64,000 bases of DNA. Source: an uncultured Gemmatimonadaceae bacterium. Its GTDB lineage: Bacteria > Gemmatimonadota > Gemmatimonadetes > Gemmatimonadales > Gemmatimonadaceae. The stretch covers positions 1,120,001 through 1,184,000 of the forward strand of contig CAWJMB010000002.1 in the NCBI GenBank assembly GCA_963843845.1, written 5' to 3'. Positions 36,061-47,587 of this stretch are shown here, piece after piece. Under the pieces are notes generated by a model. That model was not told where the DNA came from and searched no databases. It saw only the letters and a list, made by a program, of their open reading frames with translations. The position numbers and the translations under genes are program-made. How positions within the stretch are numbered: the first letter of the stretch is position 1; each line of letters begins with the position of its first letter.

Positions 36061-37242
36061 TCATGGCAGCCGCGCCGCGGAGTCGCGCCGGGCGCGCGTC
36101 GTCGTGTCGACCGCCGCTGCCGTGGTCGCGGCCGAGTCGGGGACGGCGACCTCCCCGGCCGCGCTGTCGCGGACGACCCGCCGCGCCGCCACCCGTGCCT
36201 CCCTCGCGCGCGCCGCCCGCACGCGCGCGGAGTCGCGCTTCTCGCGCTCGACCTTCGAGAGGCCCGCCGCCGCGCCGGAGGCTGAGCCGAGGGCGATGGC
36301 GCCGGGAACGTTGCCGATGATCGCCCCCACGATGGCGCCGCCCGTGCCGCCCAACGCTGCCATCCGCGCGACGAGCCAGTGCTGCATCGCCGTCCAGGGC
36401 CAGTGCTTGTGCGGCGGGTTGTCGTCGACGCGATCCTCGCGCGGCGGGAGCGGCGGGAGCGCGGGCGCGCTCGCGAGTCCCGTCGGCGCGTCGGCCGGCT
36501 CGACCTGGCCGGGCGCCGTAGCCTGGACCGTCGGCTCCGCGGCAGCGGTGAGCGGGGGCGCCACCCCGCTCGGTGGCGCCGGCATCACGGGCGCGACAGG
36601 TGTGACGGATGCGACTCGGCCTTGGACCGACGGTCGGGCGGCAGCGGCGGTGGTCCGTTCGCGGCGCGGCGTGGTCGGGCGCGCCGCGACCGGGGTGCCG
36701 CGTGGGCGCGACGGCACCATCGTTCGAGGCGGGGCCGCCGCGGCGGGCGAGCGCGTGGCCGCGCGCGGCGTCGCGGCCACCCGCGACGTCGCATCCGCGC
36801 GTGACGTCGTGTCGGGCGCACTCGCGGTGACGTCGCTCGGCGGTGCGCCGAACAGCAGGGTCGTCAGCCGCTCACGCACCGCCTGCGTGTCGGCGCCCGG
36901 CGGCGGCGATGCGAGGTACCCGCGATAGGCGAGCGCCGCTCGCGGCACGTCGCCCGCCTGCTCGGCGGCGCGTCCGAGGCGGTACCATGTCGCCGGGTCG
37001 TTGTCGGTGCGCGCCGCGGCGCGGGCGATGTAGCCGCGGGCCCCCGTCGTGTCGCCGCGCCGCAGCGCCGCGTCGGCCGAGTCCACGAGCGCGGCCATCG
37101 GCGCGTTCCGCCCCGCGAGGATGCCCACCGACGCGGTCGACGTCGTGACGGTCGGACGCTGCTCGGTCTTCCGTGAGTCGCCGCACGCCGCGAGGGCCGC
37201 GGCGAGGACGAGCGATGTATAGCAGCGATGGTGCGTCGACAT
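36061..37242 (-). CDS. Hypothetical lipoprotein with TPR-like segment, Pro/Ala/Thr/Arg linker and glycine-zipper
   Basis: GGAGGGG SD, lipobox LAAC, ATWYRLGRAAE..A..YRGYL and GGAIVGAIIG..GAIALG. Confidence 0.6.
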   Translation of the reverse strand: MSTHHRCYTSLVLAAALAACGDSRKTEQRPTVTTSTASVGILAGRNAPMAALVDSADAALRRGDTTGARGYIARAAARTDNDPATWYRLGRAAEQAGDVPRAALAYRGYLASPPPGADTQAVRERLTTLLFGAPPSDVTASAPDTTSRADATSRVAATPRAATRSPAAAAPPRTMVPSRPRGTPVAARPTTPRRERTTAAAARPSVQGRVASVTPVAPVMPAPPSGVAPPLTAAAEPTVQATAPGQVEPADAPTGLASAPALPPLPPREDRVDDNPPHKHWPWTAMQHWLVARMAALGGTGGAIVGAIIGNVPGAIALGSASGAAAGLSKVEREKRDSARVRAARAREARVAARRVVRDSAAGEVAVPDSAATTAAAVDTTTRARRDSAARLP

Positions 37243-37505
37243 GCTCCCCTCCGAGAACTGTGAGCGCCGACGGATCTGCCTCGTCGGACCGTGCCACGAG
37301 GCAGGCCGTGTACCATCCGTACGACGCACTGGCGGGTGCCGAGCGGTGTCGCGATCTCGCCAGGCGATCGCGACGCGCTCGCGGCGATCGACGTCGGCCC
37401 GCAGGTCGGCAGGCTCGACGGGGCGAAGACGGAGACGCCGCGTCGCTGGGCGCGGACCGCCTCGCGATAGATTGGGACATTCACCCCACTGTCCGTCGTC
37501 GAGCC

Positions 37506-40001
37506 ATGAACGCCCAGAACGAAGCGCCCGCCCCGTACGAGCCCGCCGCGATCGAGCAGAAGTGGCAGCAGCGCTGGACCGAGCGCGGCACGAACCAGGT
37601 CGATCTGAAGAGCGGGGCGCGTCCCTACTACCAGCTCATGATGTTCCCGTACCCGTCGGCCGAGGGGCTGCACGTCGGGAACCTGTTCGCGTTCACCGGC
37701 GCGGACATCCAGGGGCGGTACCACCGGCAGCAGGGGCACACCGTCTTCGAGCCGTTAGGCTTCGACGCGTTCGGCATCCACTCCGAGAACTTCGCGCTCA
37801 AGATGGGCGTGCACCCGGCGGAGATGACGCCGCGCAACGTCGCGAACTTCCGGCGGCAGCTCGAGCGTGCGGGGCTCATGATCGACTGGCGCTACGTCGT
37901 CGACACGAGCCGGCCGGAGTACTACAAGTGGACGCAGTGGGTCTTCCTGCAGCTGCTCGAGCGCGGGCTCGCGTACAAGAAGCGCGCGGCGGTGAACTGG
38001 TGCCCGAAGGACAAGACCGTGCTCGCGAACGAGCAGGTCGTCGGCGGCGCGTGCGAACGGTGCGGCACGCCGGTCGAGCAGCGCTTCCTCGAGCAGTGGT
38101 TCTTCCGCATCAGTCAGTACGCCGAGCGGCTGCTGAACGACCTCGCGTGGCTCGACTGGTCGGAGACGACGAAGACCGCGCAGCGGAACTGGATCGGGCG
38201 CAGCGAAGGGGCACGCATCGACTTCCTCGTGCCGGACGATGGCGACACGACCGAGGACGAGGAGGCGCCCGGCAATCCGATGGTGATGACCGCCGCGCCG
38301 ATCACCGTGTTCACGACGCGGCCGGACACGATCTTCGGCGCGACGTACCTGGTGCTCGCGCCGGAGCACCCGCTCGTGCAGCGCCTGACGACGGCCGAGC
38401 AGCGCGACGCGGTCGACGCGTACCGCGCGCAGGCCGGGAGGAAGGACCTGATCGCGCGGAAGTCCGCCGTCTCGGCGAAGGAGAAGACCGGCGTCTTCAC
38501 CGGGACGTACGCACACAATCCGGCGACGAACACGCTGATCCCGGTGTGGGTCGCCGACTACGTGCTGATGGACTACGGCACGGGCGCGATCATGGCCGTG
38601 CCGGGGCACGACGAGCGGGACTTCGAGTTCGCGACGCAGTTCGACCTGCCGATCGTGCGCGTCGTCGCGGGCGCGGGACAGGACGCCGAGACGCCGTTAG
38701 GCGGCGCGTACGTCGACGACGACGAGAGCGCGCGGCTCGTGAACTCGGGCCGCTTCGACGGCATGACGGTGGCCGAGGGAAAGCGCGCCGTCGCGCAGTG
38801 GCTGGCCGAGATGGAGCAGGGGGCGCCGGTCACGAATTATCGCCTTCATGACTGGTGCATCTCGCGGCAGCGCTACTGGGGGCCGCCGATCCCGGTGATC
38901 TACTGCGACGCGTGCGGCACCGTGCCCGTGCCGGTCGACCAGCTGCCGGTCGAGCTGCCGTTCACGGAGGACTTCAAGCCGGACGACACCGGCGTGTCGC
39001 CGCTCGCGCGGGTGAAAGAGTGGTATGAAGTTCCGTGTCCGAAATGCGGGGCGTCAGGCCGGCGCGAGACCGACGTCAGCGACACGTTCCTCGACAGCGC
39101 CTGGTACTTCATTCGCTATCCGAGCGCCGATCGCGATGACGTGCCGTTCGACGCGGACGTCACGAAGAAGTGGCTGCCGGTGAACAGCTACATCGGCGGC
39201 AACGAGCACGCGGTACTGCACCTGCTCTACTCGCGCTTCGTGACGATGGTGCTGCACGACATGGGGCACATCGACTTCGAGGAGCCGTTCAGCCGCTTCC
39301 GCGCGCACGGGCTGCTCATCCGCGACGGGGCGAAGATGTCGAAGTCGAAGGGGAACGTCGTGAACCCCGATCAGTACATGGAGCAGTGGGGCGCCGACAC
39401 GCTCCGCACGTATCTCATGTTCCTCGGCCCCTACGAGGAAGGAGGAGACTTCCGCGACGCGAGCATCAGCGGCGTGCGGCGCTTCCTCGACCGCGTCTGG
39501 GCGAGCGTGCGCGACATGACGAGCGACGGAGCCGCAGACGCCGCGGTCCTCCGCAAGCTCCATCAGACCATCCGCAAAGTCGGCGACGACATTCCGAAGC
39601 TGTCGTACAACACCGCGATCGCGGCGATGATGGAGTACGTGAACGTGCTGCGCAAAGCGGAGCGCACGCCGCACCGCGACGAGACGATGCCGCTCGTACA
39701 GCTCGCCGCCGCGTTCGCGCCCCACCTCGCCGAGGAGCTGTGGGAGCGCGCGGGGCACGACGGCTCGGTGTTCGACGCGGGGTGGCCGGCGTTCGACGCG
39801 GCGCTCGCGGCGGAGGACACGATCGAGCTGCCGGTGCAGGTGAACGGCAAGGTGCGCGCGCGCCTGACGGTTCCGAAAGCGATCAGCCAGGACGACGCAC
39901 TCGCCGCGGCGCTCGCCGACGAAGGGGTCGCGAAGTTCGTGAGCGGCGAGCCGAAGAAAGTGATCTTCGTATCGGGGCGGCTGCTGAACCTCGTGGTCTG
40001 A
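37506..40001 (+). CDS. leuS: Leucine--tRNA ligase
   Basis: MFPYPSAEGLHVGN (HIGH), editing-domain VFTTRPDT and GTGAIMAVPGHDERD, KMSKS, and QVNGKVR. Confidence 0.98.
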   Translation: MNAQNEAPAPYEPAAIEQKWQQRWTERGTNQVDLKSGARPYYQLMMFPYPSAEGLHVGNLFAFTGADIQGRYHRQQGHTVFEPLGFDAFGIHSENFALKMGVHPAEMTPRNVANFRRQLERAGLMIDWRYVVDTSRPEYYKWTQWVFLQLLERGLAYKKRAAVNWCPKDKTVLANEQVVGGACERCGTPVEQRFLEQWFFRISQYAERLLNDLAWLDWSETTKTAQRNWIGRSEGARIDFLVPDDGDTTEDEEAPGNPMVMTAAPITVFTTRPDTIFGATYLVLAPEHPLVQRLTTAEQRDAVDAYRAQAGRKDLIARKSAVSAKEKTGVFTGTYAHNPATNTLIPVWVADYVLMDYGTGAIMAVPGHDERDFEFATQFDLPIVRVVAGAGQDAETPLGGAYVDDDESARLVNSGRFDGMTVAEGKRAVAQWLAEMEQGAPVTNYRLHDWCISRQRYWGPPIPVIYCDACGTVPVPVDQLPVELPFTEDFKPDDTGVSPLARVKEWYEVPCPKCGASGRRETDVSDTFLDSAWYFIRYPSADRDDVPFDADVTKKWLPVNSYIGGNEHAVLHLLYSRFVTMVLHDMGHIDFEEPFSRFRAHGLLIRDGAKMSKSKGNVVNPDQYMEQWGADTLRTYLMFLGPYEEGGDFRDASISGVRRFLDRVWASVRDMTSDGAADAAVLRKLHQTIRKVGDDIPKLSYNTAIAAMMEYVNVLRKAERTPHRDETMPLVQLAAAFAPHLAEELWERAGHDGSVFDAGWPAFDAALAAEDTIELPVQVNGKVRARLTVPKAISQDDALAAALADEGVAKFVSGEPKKVIFVSGRLLNLVV

Positions 40002-40127
40002 GGTCGCGCCCGGGCGTTCAGTCGGTCGGCGAGGCTCGGTGTGCGTCGGGATCGATGACAGGGGAAACCCTGGAGCGCCGCCGCCGTGTCGTATCGAGTG
40101 TTCCACCTCAACACTGGACACCCTCGA

Positions 40128-41228
40128 ATGACCCGAACCACGACCGCCCTCACCCTCATCGCGCTCGCCGTCGCGCTCCCGGCGGCGGCGCAGAACCGCG
40201 ACCGCGAGGTCTACATCCGCCCGAACGGCGGAAGTCCTCGTGGCGTGCGCAGCGCGGCCGACGAGGCCCGGCCCGCGCTCGGCGTCGTGCTCGCGCCGGC
40301 CCGCAGTCGTGCTGACTCGGCCGGCGTTCGCGTCGCCGAAGTCACCGACGGGAGCCCGGCCGCGAAGGCAGGGATCGAGGCCGGCGATCGCATCCTCTCG
40401 ATCGACGGCGTCGCGCTGAAGACCGAGCCTGCGGACGCCGACGATCCGATGTTCGCCGACCTCGCGTCGCGTCGGCTGCAGCGCGAACTCGCGAAGAAGA
40501 CCGTGGGCGACGACGTGTCGCTCGTCGTGCAGCGTGCGGGCGCGACGCGCACGGTGCGTGTCGGGACGGTCGCGTCGAGGGAGATCGCGCCGCCGGCGAA
40601 CGCGTACGCCTACGACTTCGGCCCGGGGGGCGCGCTCCGACTGCGTGACGGCGCGGAGGCGCGCATCTTCATCGACAGCGTGCGCACCCGCCTCGGCCGC
40701 GGCGGGTTCGGCGCGCCGATGGGCTCGTTCGGTGATAGCGATGTGGTGCGCAGGAGCGACCGCGCCGCGTTAGGCATCACGATCGGCACGACGGGCGCTC
40801 GTCGAGACACCCTGGGCCTCTTCGTGAGCGCCGTGACGAGCGACGGACCGGCGGAGCGCGCCGGGATCATCGAAGGCGCACGTGTCGCGAGCATCAACGG
40901 TGTCGACGTGCGGCTGTCGCGCGCCGACGCGGAGGACGCCGAGGCCGCGTCGCTCGTCGCGCGACGCTTCACGCGCGAGCTCGACCGGGCGAAGGCGGGC
41001 GACGACGTCACGCTCCGCGTGTGGCAGAACGGTGCCTACCGCACGGTGACGGTGAAGGCGGCGAAGGCGAGCGACGTGTGGAAGGGCGACGACTTCTCGT
41101 TCTCGTTCGGCGACGGCGGACGCGCGTTCGTGCTGCCGCGCGTCCAGCCGAGGACGATGACCACCCCTCGCCTCCCCATGCTCACCCCTCCGGTCACATC
41201 GAGGGCGCGAGCAGGAGTGCGTTCATGA
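40128..41228 (+). CDS. Secreted protein with two PDZ domains
   Basis: Signal peptide and two copies of the ALG(V/I)..GxPAxxAG(I)xxG.R(I/V).SI.G motif. Confidence 0.8.
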   Translation: MTRTTTALTLIALAVALPAAAQNRDREVYIRPNGGSPRGVRSAADEARPALGVVLAPARSRADSAGVRVAEVTDGSPAAKAGIEAGDRILSIDGVALKTEPADADDPMFADLASRRLQRELAKKTVGDDVSLVVQRAGATRTVRVGTVASREIAPPANAYAYDFGPGGALRLRDGAEARIFIDSVRTRLGRGGFGAPMGSFGDSDVVRRSDRAALGITIGTTGARRDTLGLFVSAVTSDGPAERAGIIEGARVASINGVDVRLSRADAEDAEAASLVARRFTRELDRAKAGDDVTLRVWQNGAYRTVTVKAAKASDVWKGDDFSFSFGDGGRAFVLPRVQPRTMTTPRLPMLTPPVTSRARAGVRS

Positions 41229-44146
41229 CCATGTGATCGAACGCCCGCCACCACCCGCGGAACATCGGCTCGTTCGTGAACAGCACGATGTGGCCGCGCC
41301 CGAGCGGCTCCTCGACGACCAGCGCGGTGTTGCGGAGGAGCCGCTCGGTGTCGTTCGGGAAGGTGAAGCCGGCGCGGTAGAAGGCGCCGCTCGAGGGAAA
41401 GACGGCGACGTTCGTACCCTCTCTCGTGAGGGCCAGGAAGTCGCGACCGCCGACGAGCGCGGTGAGGCGCGCCGTCGTGTAGCCGTAGGTGAGCCAGTGC
41501 GTGCGGTCGAGGACGACGTCGAAGTTGCTGCCGGGCACGGGCTGCGGCCGGCTCGCCGACGCGCCCGGGCTCGTGACCGCGAGCAGGTCATCGTTCGGCA
41601 GGGCACCAGGCGCCGGGATGTTCTTCTTCGCGGCGCTGTCGGCCGCAGGCTTGTCGGCCGGCTTCTCACTCTTCGCGTCGTCGCCCCTCCCGACGCTTCC
41701 GGCGGTTCCGCTCCCGACGACGCGCGCGCTCGTCAGCGAGACGTCCTCGCGCGCCGCCCACGACGTGGCGCCCCCCATCGTGACGAGCGTGCCGCCGTTG
41801 CGAACCCACGTTCGGAGTCGCTCCGCGCCGTCCTTGCCGAGCCGCTCGCCGTAGCCATAGCCGTCGGGGAGCACGAGCACGGTGAAGCGCGACAGGTCGC
41901 CGCCCAGCGCGTTCCAGTTCACGTGCACGAAGTCGACGTTGTAGCGGCGGTCGAGGTTCCACCACAGCGCGCCGTACCCCGTCTGCGACGTTCCCTCGTC
42001 GCCGAGTACCGCGACGCGCGGGCGCTTGAGCCCGACGACCTGGCCGGCGCCGATGCCGAGCTGGGCCTGCTCGGTGTAGGCGGACGCGACCGCGACCACA
42101 GGAACGCCGGCCCACCGCGCGAGCGAGTCGATGTGTGCGTGCAGCGTCGAGGCGTTGCGCGACACGCGGATGACGTACGTGCCGCGCGGCCAGCCGCGTC
42201 CGCCCGCCTCGATCGTGTCGGTCGCGACCTCGACACGATAGCCGTCGGCGAGCAGCCGGAACGCGAGCCGGCTCGCCCCGCTGCGCTCGGGGCCGAACAG
42301 ATACGCCGATCCGGCGCGCGTGCCGCCGACGACGCCGCCGTCGACGGTCACCGGCAGCGGCTCGGCGCCGAACGAGCGCGCGACGGTCGGGGCGGCGGGG
42401 CCCAGCAGCGCCGTCGGCGCGGCGGTGCTCGCCGCGGCGCTCGCGAGCGTGGGGCCGGGAAGCGGGTCGCCGTCCGGATGCGCGAGCAGCGTGCCGGCGA
42501 CGGGCGTCGCGTCCTCGGTCCACCAGACCGGCACACCGAACGCGATCGGCAGCGACCACGCGGTGATGTCGTAGAACTCGTACCCCTCGCGCACGCCGGA
42601 CGCGCCGCGGCGGGCGTTCCGTGCGGCGCGGTCGCGCTGCGTCGCGCGCGAACACGGAGTCGAGTCTCGCCGCGGGCTCGAGGATCGCGTTGGCGAGCTT
42701 GCCTAACGGCTGCGCGAGGTCGACGACATACGCGCCGGCGTCGAATCGGCGCGTCGTCGCGACCGCGTCAGGGAGCGAGCCCGGCCCGAAGGCGTGGGCG
42801 CGCGCGCTCTGGAACGACGCCGTCGCGCGTCGCACTTCGATGCCGGCGCGGACGAGCGCGGCGGCCAACTCCGCCGCACGCTGCGGATCGCTCGGCGCAT
42901 CGAACACGTAGCGCCGCACGCGCCCGGTCGTGCCCTCGGCGACGGCCTGCCGACGGAACGCGACGTAGTCGCGCACGCGCTCGGCGGCGCGCCCCGCGGT
43001 CGCCTCGATCGTCGCCATCGCGGCGACCCAGTGCTTGGCGATCCCGTCGCGGAAGGAGACGCGCGATCCGTCCTCGCGCTCCCACAGCAATCCCTTCCAC
43101 CCGCCGCCGTCGGTCTCGTACGTCATCCCGGTGGCGCCCGTGAGCGACGGCCATGTGTCCCAGTAGCCGGGGTAGTAGAGATCGAACTCGCTGCGCACGA
43201 AATACATCCAGCCGTAGCGGTCGAATGCCGCCGCGTTCGCGCGGCCGACCACGTCGAGCCACTTCTGCGACTGGGCGAGGATGTTCTCGTTGACGGGGCG
43301 GGCGGCGGGCGGGAAGAAGTACGTCTCGACCTGCCCGTGCTGGTCCACGGCGACCGTGGGATGCCAGCGCAGCATGCCGCGCATCAGTGCGCGGACTTCG
43401 GGCTGCGTGCTGGCGAGGACGTCGCGATTCATGTCGAAGCGGTAGTGGTTGAACCGCCCCTGAATCGACCACGGCTCGTCGTGCTCGAACGCGTCGTTGT
43501 TCGGATCGCTGCGTGCGACCGAGTTGTACCAGACGGTGAATCGCTCGTGCCCGTCCGGATTCGTGCTCGGATTGATGACGATGATCGCGGTGCGTAGCGC
43601 GGCGAGCGTCGCCGGCTCGTCGCTCGCCGCGAGCTGATAGAGCAGCTGCATCCCGCTCTCGAAGCCCGGCGACTCGTTGCCGTGCACGCTCTCGTTGATC
43701 CAGATGACCGCCGGCGTGCGAGCGGCGAGCGCGTCGGCGTCGGCGACGCTCATCGTGCGCGGGTCGGCGAGCCGGTCGAGGTCGGCGCGGATCGCGTCGA
43801 GCCGTGCGATGTTCTCCGGCGCGCTCACGACGTAGAGCCGCATCCGCCGCCCCTCGTGTGTCGCGCCGATCTCCTCGACGCGCACGCGATCCGTCGCCGC
43901 GTCCGCGATCGCGCGCAGCACCCGCTCCTGCTCCGCGAACTGCGTGTTCCGGTCGCCCATCGAGTAGCCGAGGACGGCATCGGGGCGCGGGACGGCCGGG
44001 CGGTACGGACCGCGTCCGTAGAACGAGAAGGTGCGCGAGTCGCGGAGCGAGTCGGTGAGCGCGGCGCCGATCGGGGGCTGCGCGGCAGCGGTCGCCGCGG
44101 CGAGACCCAGCGCGCCGATCGTCAGACAGACGGACCGAACGTTCAT
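41194..44146 (-). CDS. Secreted M14 zinc carboxypeptidase with C-terminal GATase-like domain (frameshift near 42620)
   Basis: Motifs SVHGNE, NPDGHER, RFNHYRFDMNRD, DQHG and GMTYE. The C-terminal half is ORF 41194-42594. Confidence 0.88.
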
Positions 44147-44207
44147 GCAGAATCGATTGAGGAGAGCCACGGTCGCGAATCGCTTCGCTCGACGGGCAGC
44201 CGACGAC

Positions 44208-45039
44208 TCACTGCTTCCGGAACGCGTGCTCGAGGCTCAGGTAGACGAACACGCCGGTCTCCGCGCGCTCCGACGAGTGGCGCGGAATCGTGATCGGCAC
44301 GGCCAGCCCGGGCACGATCTGCAACCCGGACGGCGTATCGATCGCGAAGCGGAAGCCCGGGTTCGACCGTGAACAGCTGCGCGTGCCCGACCGGCAGTCC
44401 CGCCACGCGGGTCGCGGTGTGCGAGTACAGCGCCTCGAGCATGAGGTTGAACGTCGGGCTCGGCAGGAAGATCAGGCTCTGGCCGAGCAGCAGGTTGCGG
44501 AGGTCGCTGCGCCGCCCGTCGCTCGTGCGGCCACGCGGGACCACCGTGCCGCCGAGGTTCGAGTGCGTCACCCAGTGTGACGACAGCTCGAGCGTGACCG
44601 GCAGGTTCGCCTGCACGCCGAGCCCGCCCGCGCCGCTCTCTCGCCGCGCGCTCCCGGTGGGGAGCACGAGCGACAGCCGCGGGGCGACGAGGACGCCATC
44701 CCGGTCTCGCGCCTGCAGGCGGTAGTTGAGCGCGAGGTCGCCGACGCGCGCCGACTGGCCGGGGCCCTCGGGGCGCAGCACGGCCGCCGTGTAGCTGAGC
44801 TGGTGCCGCTGCCCCGGCGCCGGCCATTCCTGCGTGAACGTGTACAGCCAGCCACGCCCGTCGAGCGCACGCGCGAAGGTGCTGACGTGCTGAACGACGC
44901 CGAACTCCTGGTTGTACGCCTCCTCGACGAGGAAGCTGTTGTCCTCGATCGGCGCGGGCGATGTGGTGGTGTCGCGCGGCAGGGGAGCGCCGAGCGCGAG
45001 GGGGGCGACCGCGGCGGCAGCAGCGAGCAGAAGGAGCAT
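44208..45039 (-). CDS. Putative outer-membrane beta-barrel 'transporter' (frameshift near 44355)
   Basis: Signal peptide, PIEDNSFLVEEAYNQE, GDLALNYR, LPTG and alternating beta-strands. The shifted frame ends VFVYLSLEHAFRKQ*. Confidence 0.72.
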
Positions 45040-45049
45040 GGGGGGAGGG

Positions 45050-47045
45050 CTAGAACTCGATCTGCGTCCCCAGCTCGACGACGCGGTTCGGCGGGATGCC
45101 GAAGAACTCGGTCGCCGAGCGGGCGTTCCGGGCCATGACCACGAACAGCTTCTTGCGCCACCGCACCATGCGCCCTTCCCCGCTGGGGATGAGCCGCTCG
45201 CGGCCGAGGTAGAACGAGGTCTCGGCGGGGCGCGTACGCACCCCGCGCGTGTTCAGGAAGCGCATGATGTCGGGAACGTTCGGCGTCTCCATGAACCCGT
45301 AGGTCGCCGTCACGCGGAAGAAGCCGTGGCCCAACGGTTCGACCTGGAGCGTCTCTTCCTCGTCGACGTCCGGGACGTCGGCGGTCTTCACGGAAAGCAG
45401 CACGACCTGCTGGTGAAGCACCTTGTTGTGCTTCAGGTGGTGCAGCAGGACGACCGGCGCGCCGGCATTGCTCGACGTCATGAACACCGCCGTTCCCGGC
45501 ACGCGCGGCGGCTTCCGGCGGGCGACGTCGTCGAGGAACATGTCGATCGGCAGCGTGCCGCGCACGAGGAAGTCGTGCAGGATCGCCCGCCCGCGGTTCC
45601 ACGTCGTCATGAGCAGGAACACGAGCCCCGCCACGCCGAGCGGCACCCACCCACCGTGCGGCACCTTGAGCAGATTCGCGCCGAGGAAGAGCAGGTCGAT
45701 GAAGAGGAATCCGATGAGGAATACGCGTGCCTTCAGCTTCGACCAGCCGAACCGCTGCCGCGCGATGACGACGAAGAGCGTCGTCGTGATCGCCATCGTC
45801 GCCGTGACCGCGACGCCGTAGGTCGCTGCGAGTGCGGAGGCGGAGCGGAAGGTGACGACGAGCAGCAGCGTGCCGATGGCGAGCGCCTTGTTCACCTCGG
45901 GGATGTAGATCTGCCCCGCCTGCTCGTGCGACGTGTGCACGATCTTGAGGCGCGGGGTGTAGCCGAGCTGGATCGCCTGCTGCGTGAGCGAGAAGGCGCC
46001 GGAGATGAGGGCCTGCGACGCGACGCAGCGCGGCGAGCGTGGCGATGACGAGCAACGGAATCTGGAGCGACGCCGGCGCGAGCAGGTAGAACGGGTTCTC
46101 GATCGCCGACGGCTCACGGAGCAGGAGCGCGCCCTGCCCGAAGTAGTTCAGCAGCAGGCAGGGCAGCACGAGCCCGAACCACGCGAGCCGGATCGGCTTG
46201 CGCCCGAAGTGCCCCATGTCGGCGTAGAGCGCCTCGCCGCCGGTGATGACGAGCACCACCGCGCCGAGCACGACGAACGAGCGCTGCGGGTGGTCGATGA
46301 AGAACGAGACCGCGTTCCACGGGTTCAGCGCGCCGAGGACGACGCCGGGGTGCTGCACGACCTCCGCGATCCCGAGCGCGGCGATCGTGACGAACCAGAC
46401 GAGCATGATCCACCCGAACATCCCGCCGACCTTCGCCGTTCCCTTGTACTGGAAGGAGAAGAGCGTCGCGATGATGCCGAACGCGATCGGCACGACGAAG
46501 CGTGTGAGCGTCGGCGCGATGACTTTCAGTCCGTCGACCGCACCCAACACCGAGACGGCGGGGGTGATGATGCCGTCGCCGTACAGGAAGGCGCCGCCGA
46601 ACAATCCGATCGTGATGAGGAACGTGCGGCGCCACCGGTCTGCGTCGCGCTGCTGCCGCTGCATGATGAGCGCGAGCAGCGCGAACACGCCCCCCTCGCC
46701 TTTGTTGTCCGCGCGAAGAATGAACGTCACGTACTTCACGCTCACGATCAGCACGAGCGACCAGACGATCAGCGACAGGATGCCGTAGACGTTCGCGACC
46801 GTCGGCGTGAGGCCGAACTCGCTGCGGAAGCACTCCTGGATCGAATAGAGCGGACTCGTGCCGATGTCGCCGAACACGACGCCGAGCGCCGTGAGCGTGA
46901 GCACGGCGAGCTGCCGCCCCTGCGGGTTCTCGCCCGGCCGGTGGTGCGTCGCTGCGTGCAGTGGGGCGGCTGCCGCGTGCTCCACGGTCGGCGTGGTGGC
47001 GGGCTGCGGCGGCGGCTCGGCGGACGGCTCGGACTCGGTCGGCAT
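45050..47045 (-). CDS. kup: KUP/HAK/KT potassium transporter (frameshift near 46025)
   Basis: Motifs LGVVFGDIGTSPLY, ADNKGEGG, GDGIITPAVSV, GGEALYADMGHFG, GQIYIP, YGFME and VVELGTQIEF. Confidence 0.95.
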
Positions 47046-47205
47046 GACGCGAATGATAGGAGGTGCGGCGAACGCACGTCATCCACACGTCGTGCCGCGG
47101 CCATCGATTCTTCGTCGACCGGGGCGTCTCTCGCAGGCGCCGCGTGGTCCGACCGGGTCGACGCGGCGTGGCCCGGTCGAGCTCGTGGTGCGTCGAGACG
47201 AGCGG

Positions 47206-47577
47206 CTAACGCTGCGCGCTGCTGTCGCGCGCCATGCGAGCGACGTAGCCGGCGAACTTCTCCTGCTGCACCGTGTTGAGCAGGGTCGCGATCTGCCGTC
47301 GCGCGTCGTCGCGCGCGGCGCGCAGCTGCGGCCGGACGGGCGCGACCAGCGAGTCCATCACACGGTTGCGGCCGGCGAGGATCGAATCGACGGCGGCGCG
47401 CTGCGTCGTCGAGAGCTCGAGCTCCTCGGCGAAGGCGTCGGTCGACGCGCCGTCGTGGTCGACTTTCGCCGTCGACCGACCGGCGAGCATCATCCGGTCG
47501 GCCGCGTAGCCGACCGTCCCGCCGACGAGAAAGGCGCCGACGAGAAACGCGGCGGCGAGCTGCTGAGGCCGTTGCAC
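47206..47577 (-). CDS. Small membrane-anchored periplasmic helical protein (Spy/CpxP-like)
   Basis: N-terminal TM, ELELSTTQRAAVDSIL and LLNTVQQEKF. Third gene of the ECF operon. Confidence 0.6.
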   Translation of the reverse strand: MQRPQQLAAAFLVGAFLVGGTVGYAADRMMLAGRSTAKVDHDGASTDAFAEELELSTTQRAAVDSILAGRNRVMDSLVAPVRPQLRAARDDARRQIATLLNTVQQEKFAGYVARMARDSSAQR

Positions 47578-47587
47578 TGCCGGTCGG

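Noticed and set aside
37243..37505. Possible T-box leader upstream of leuS
   Set aside because: No T-box consensus or terminator/antiterminator is visible.
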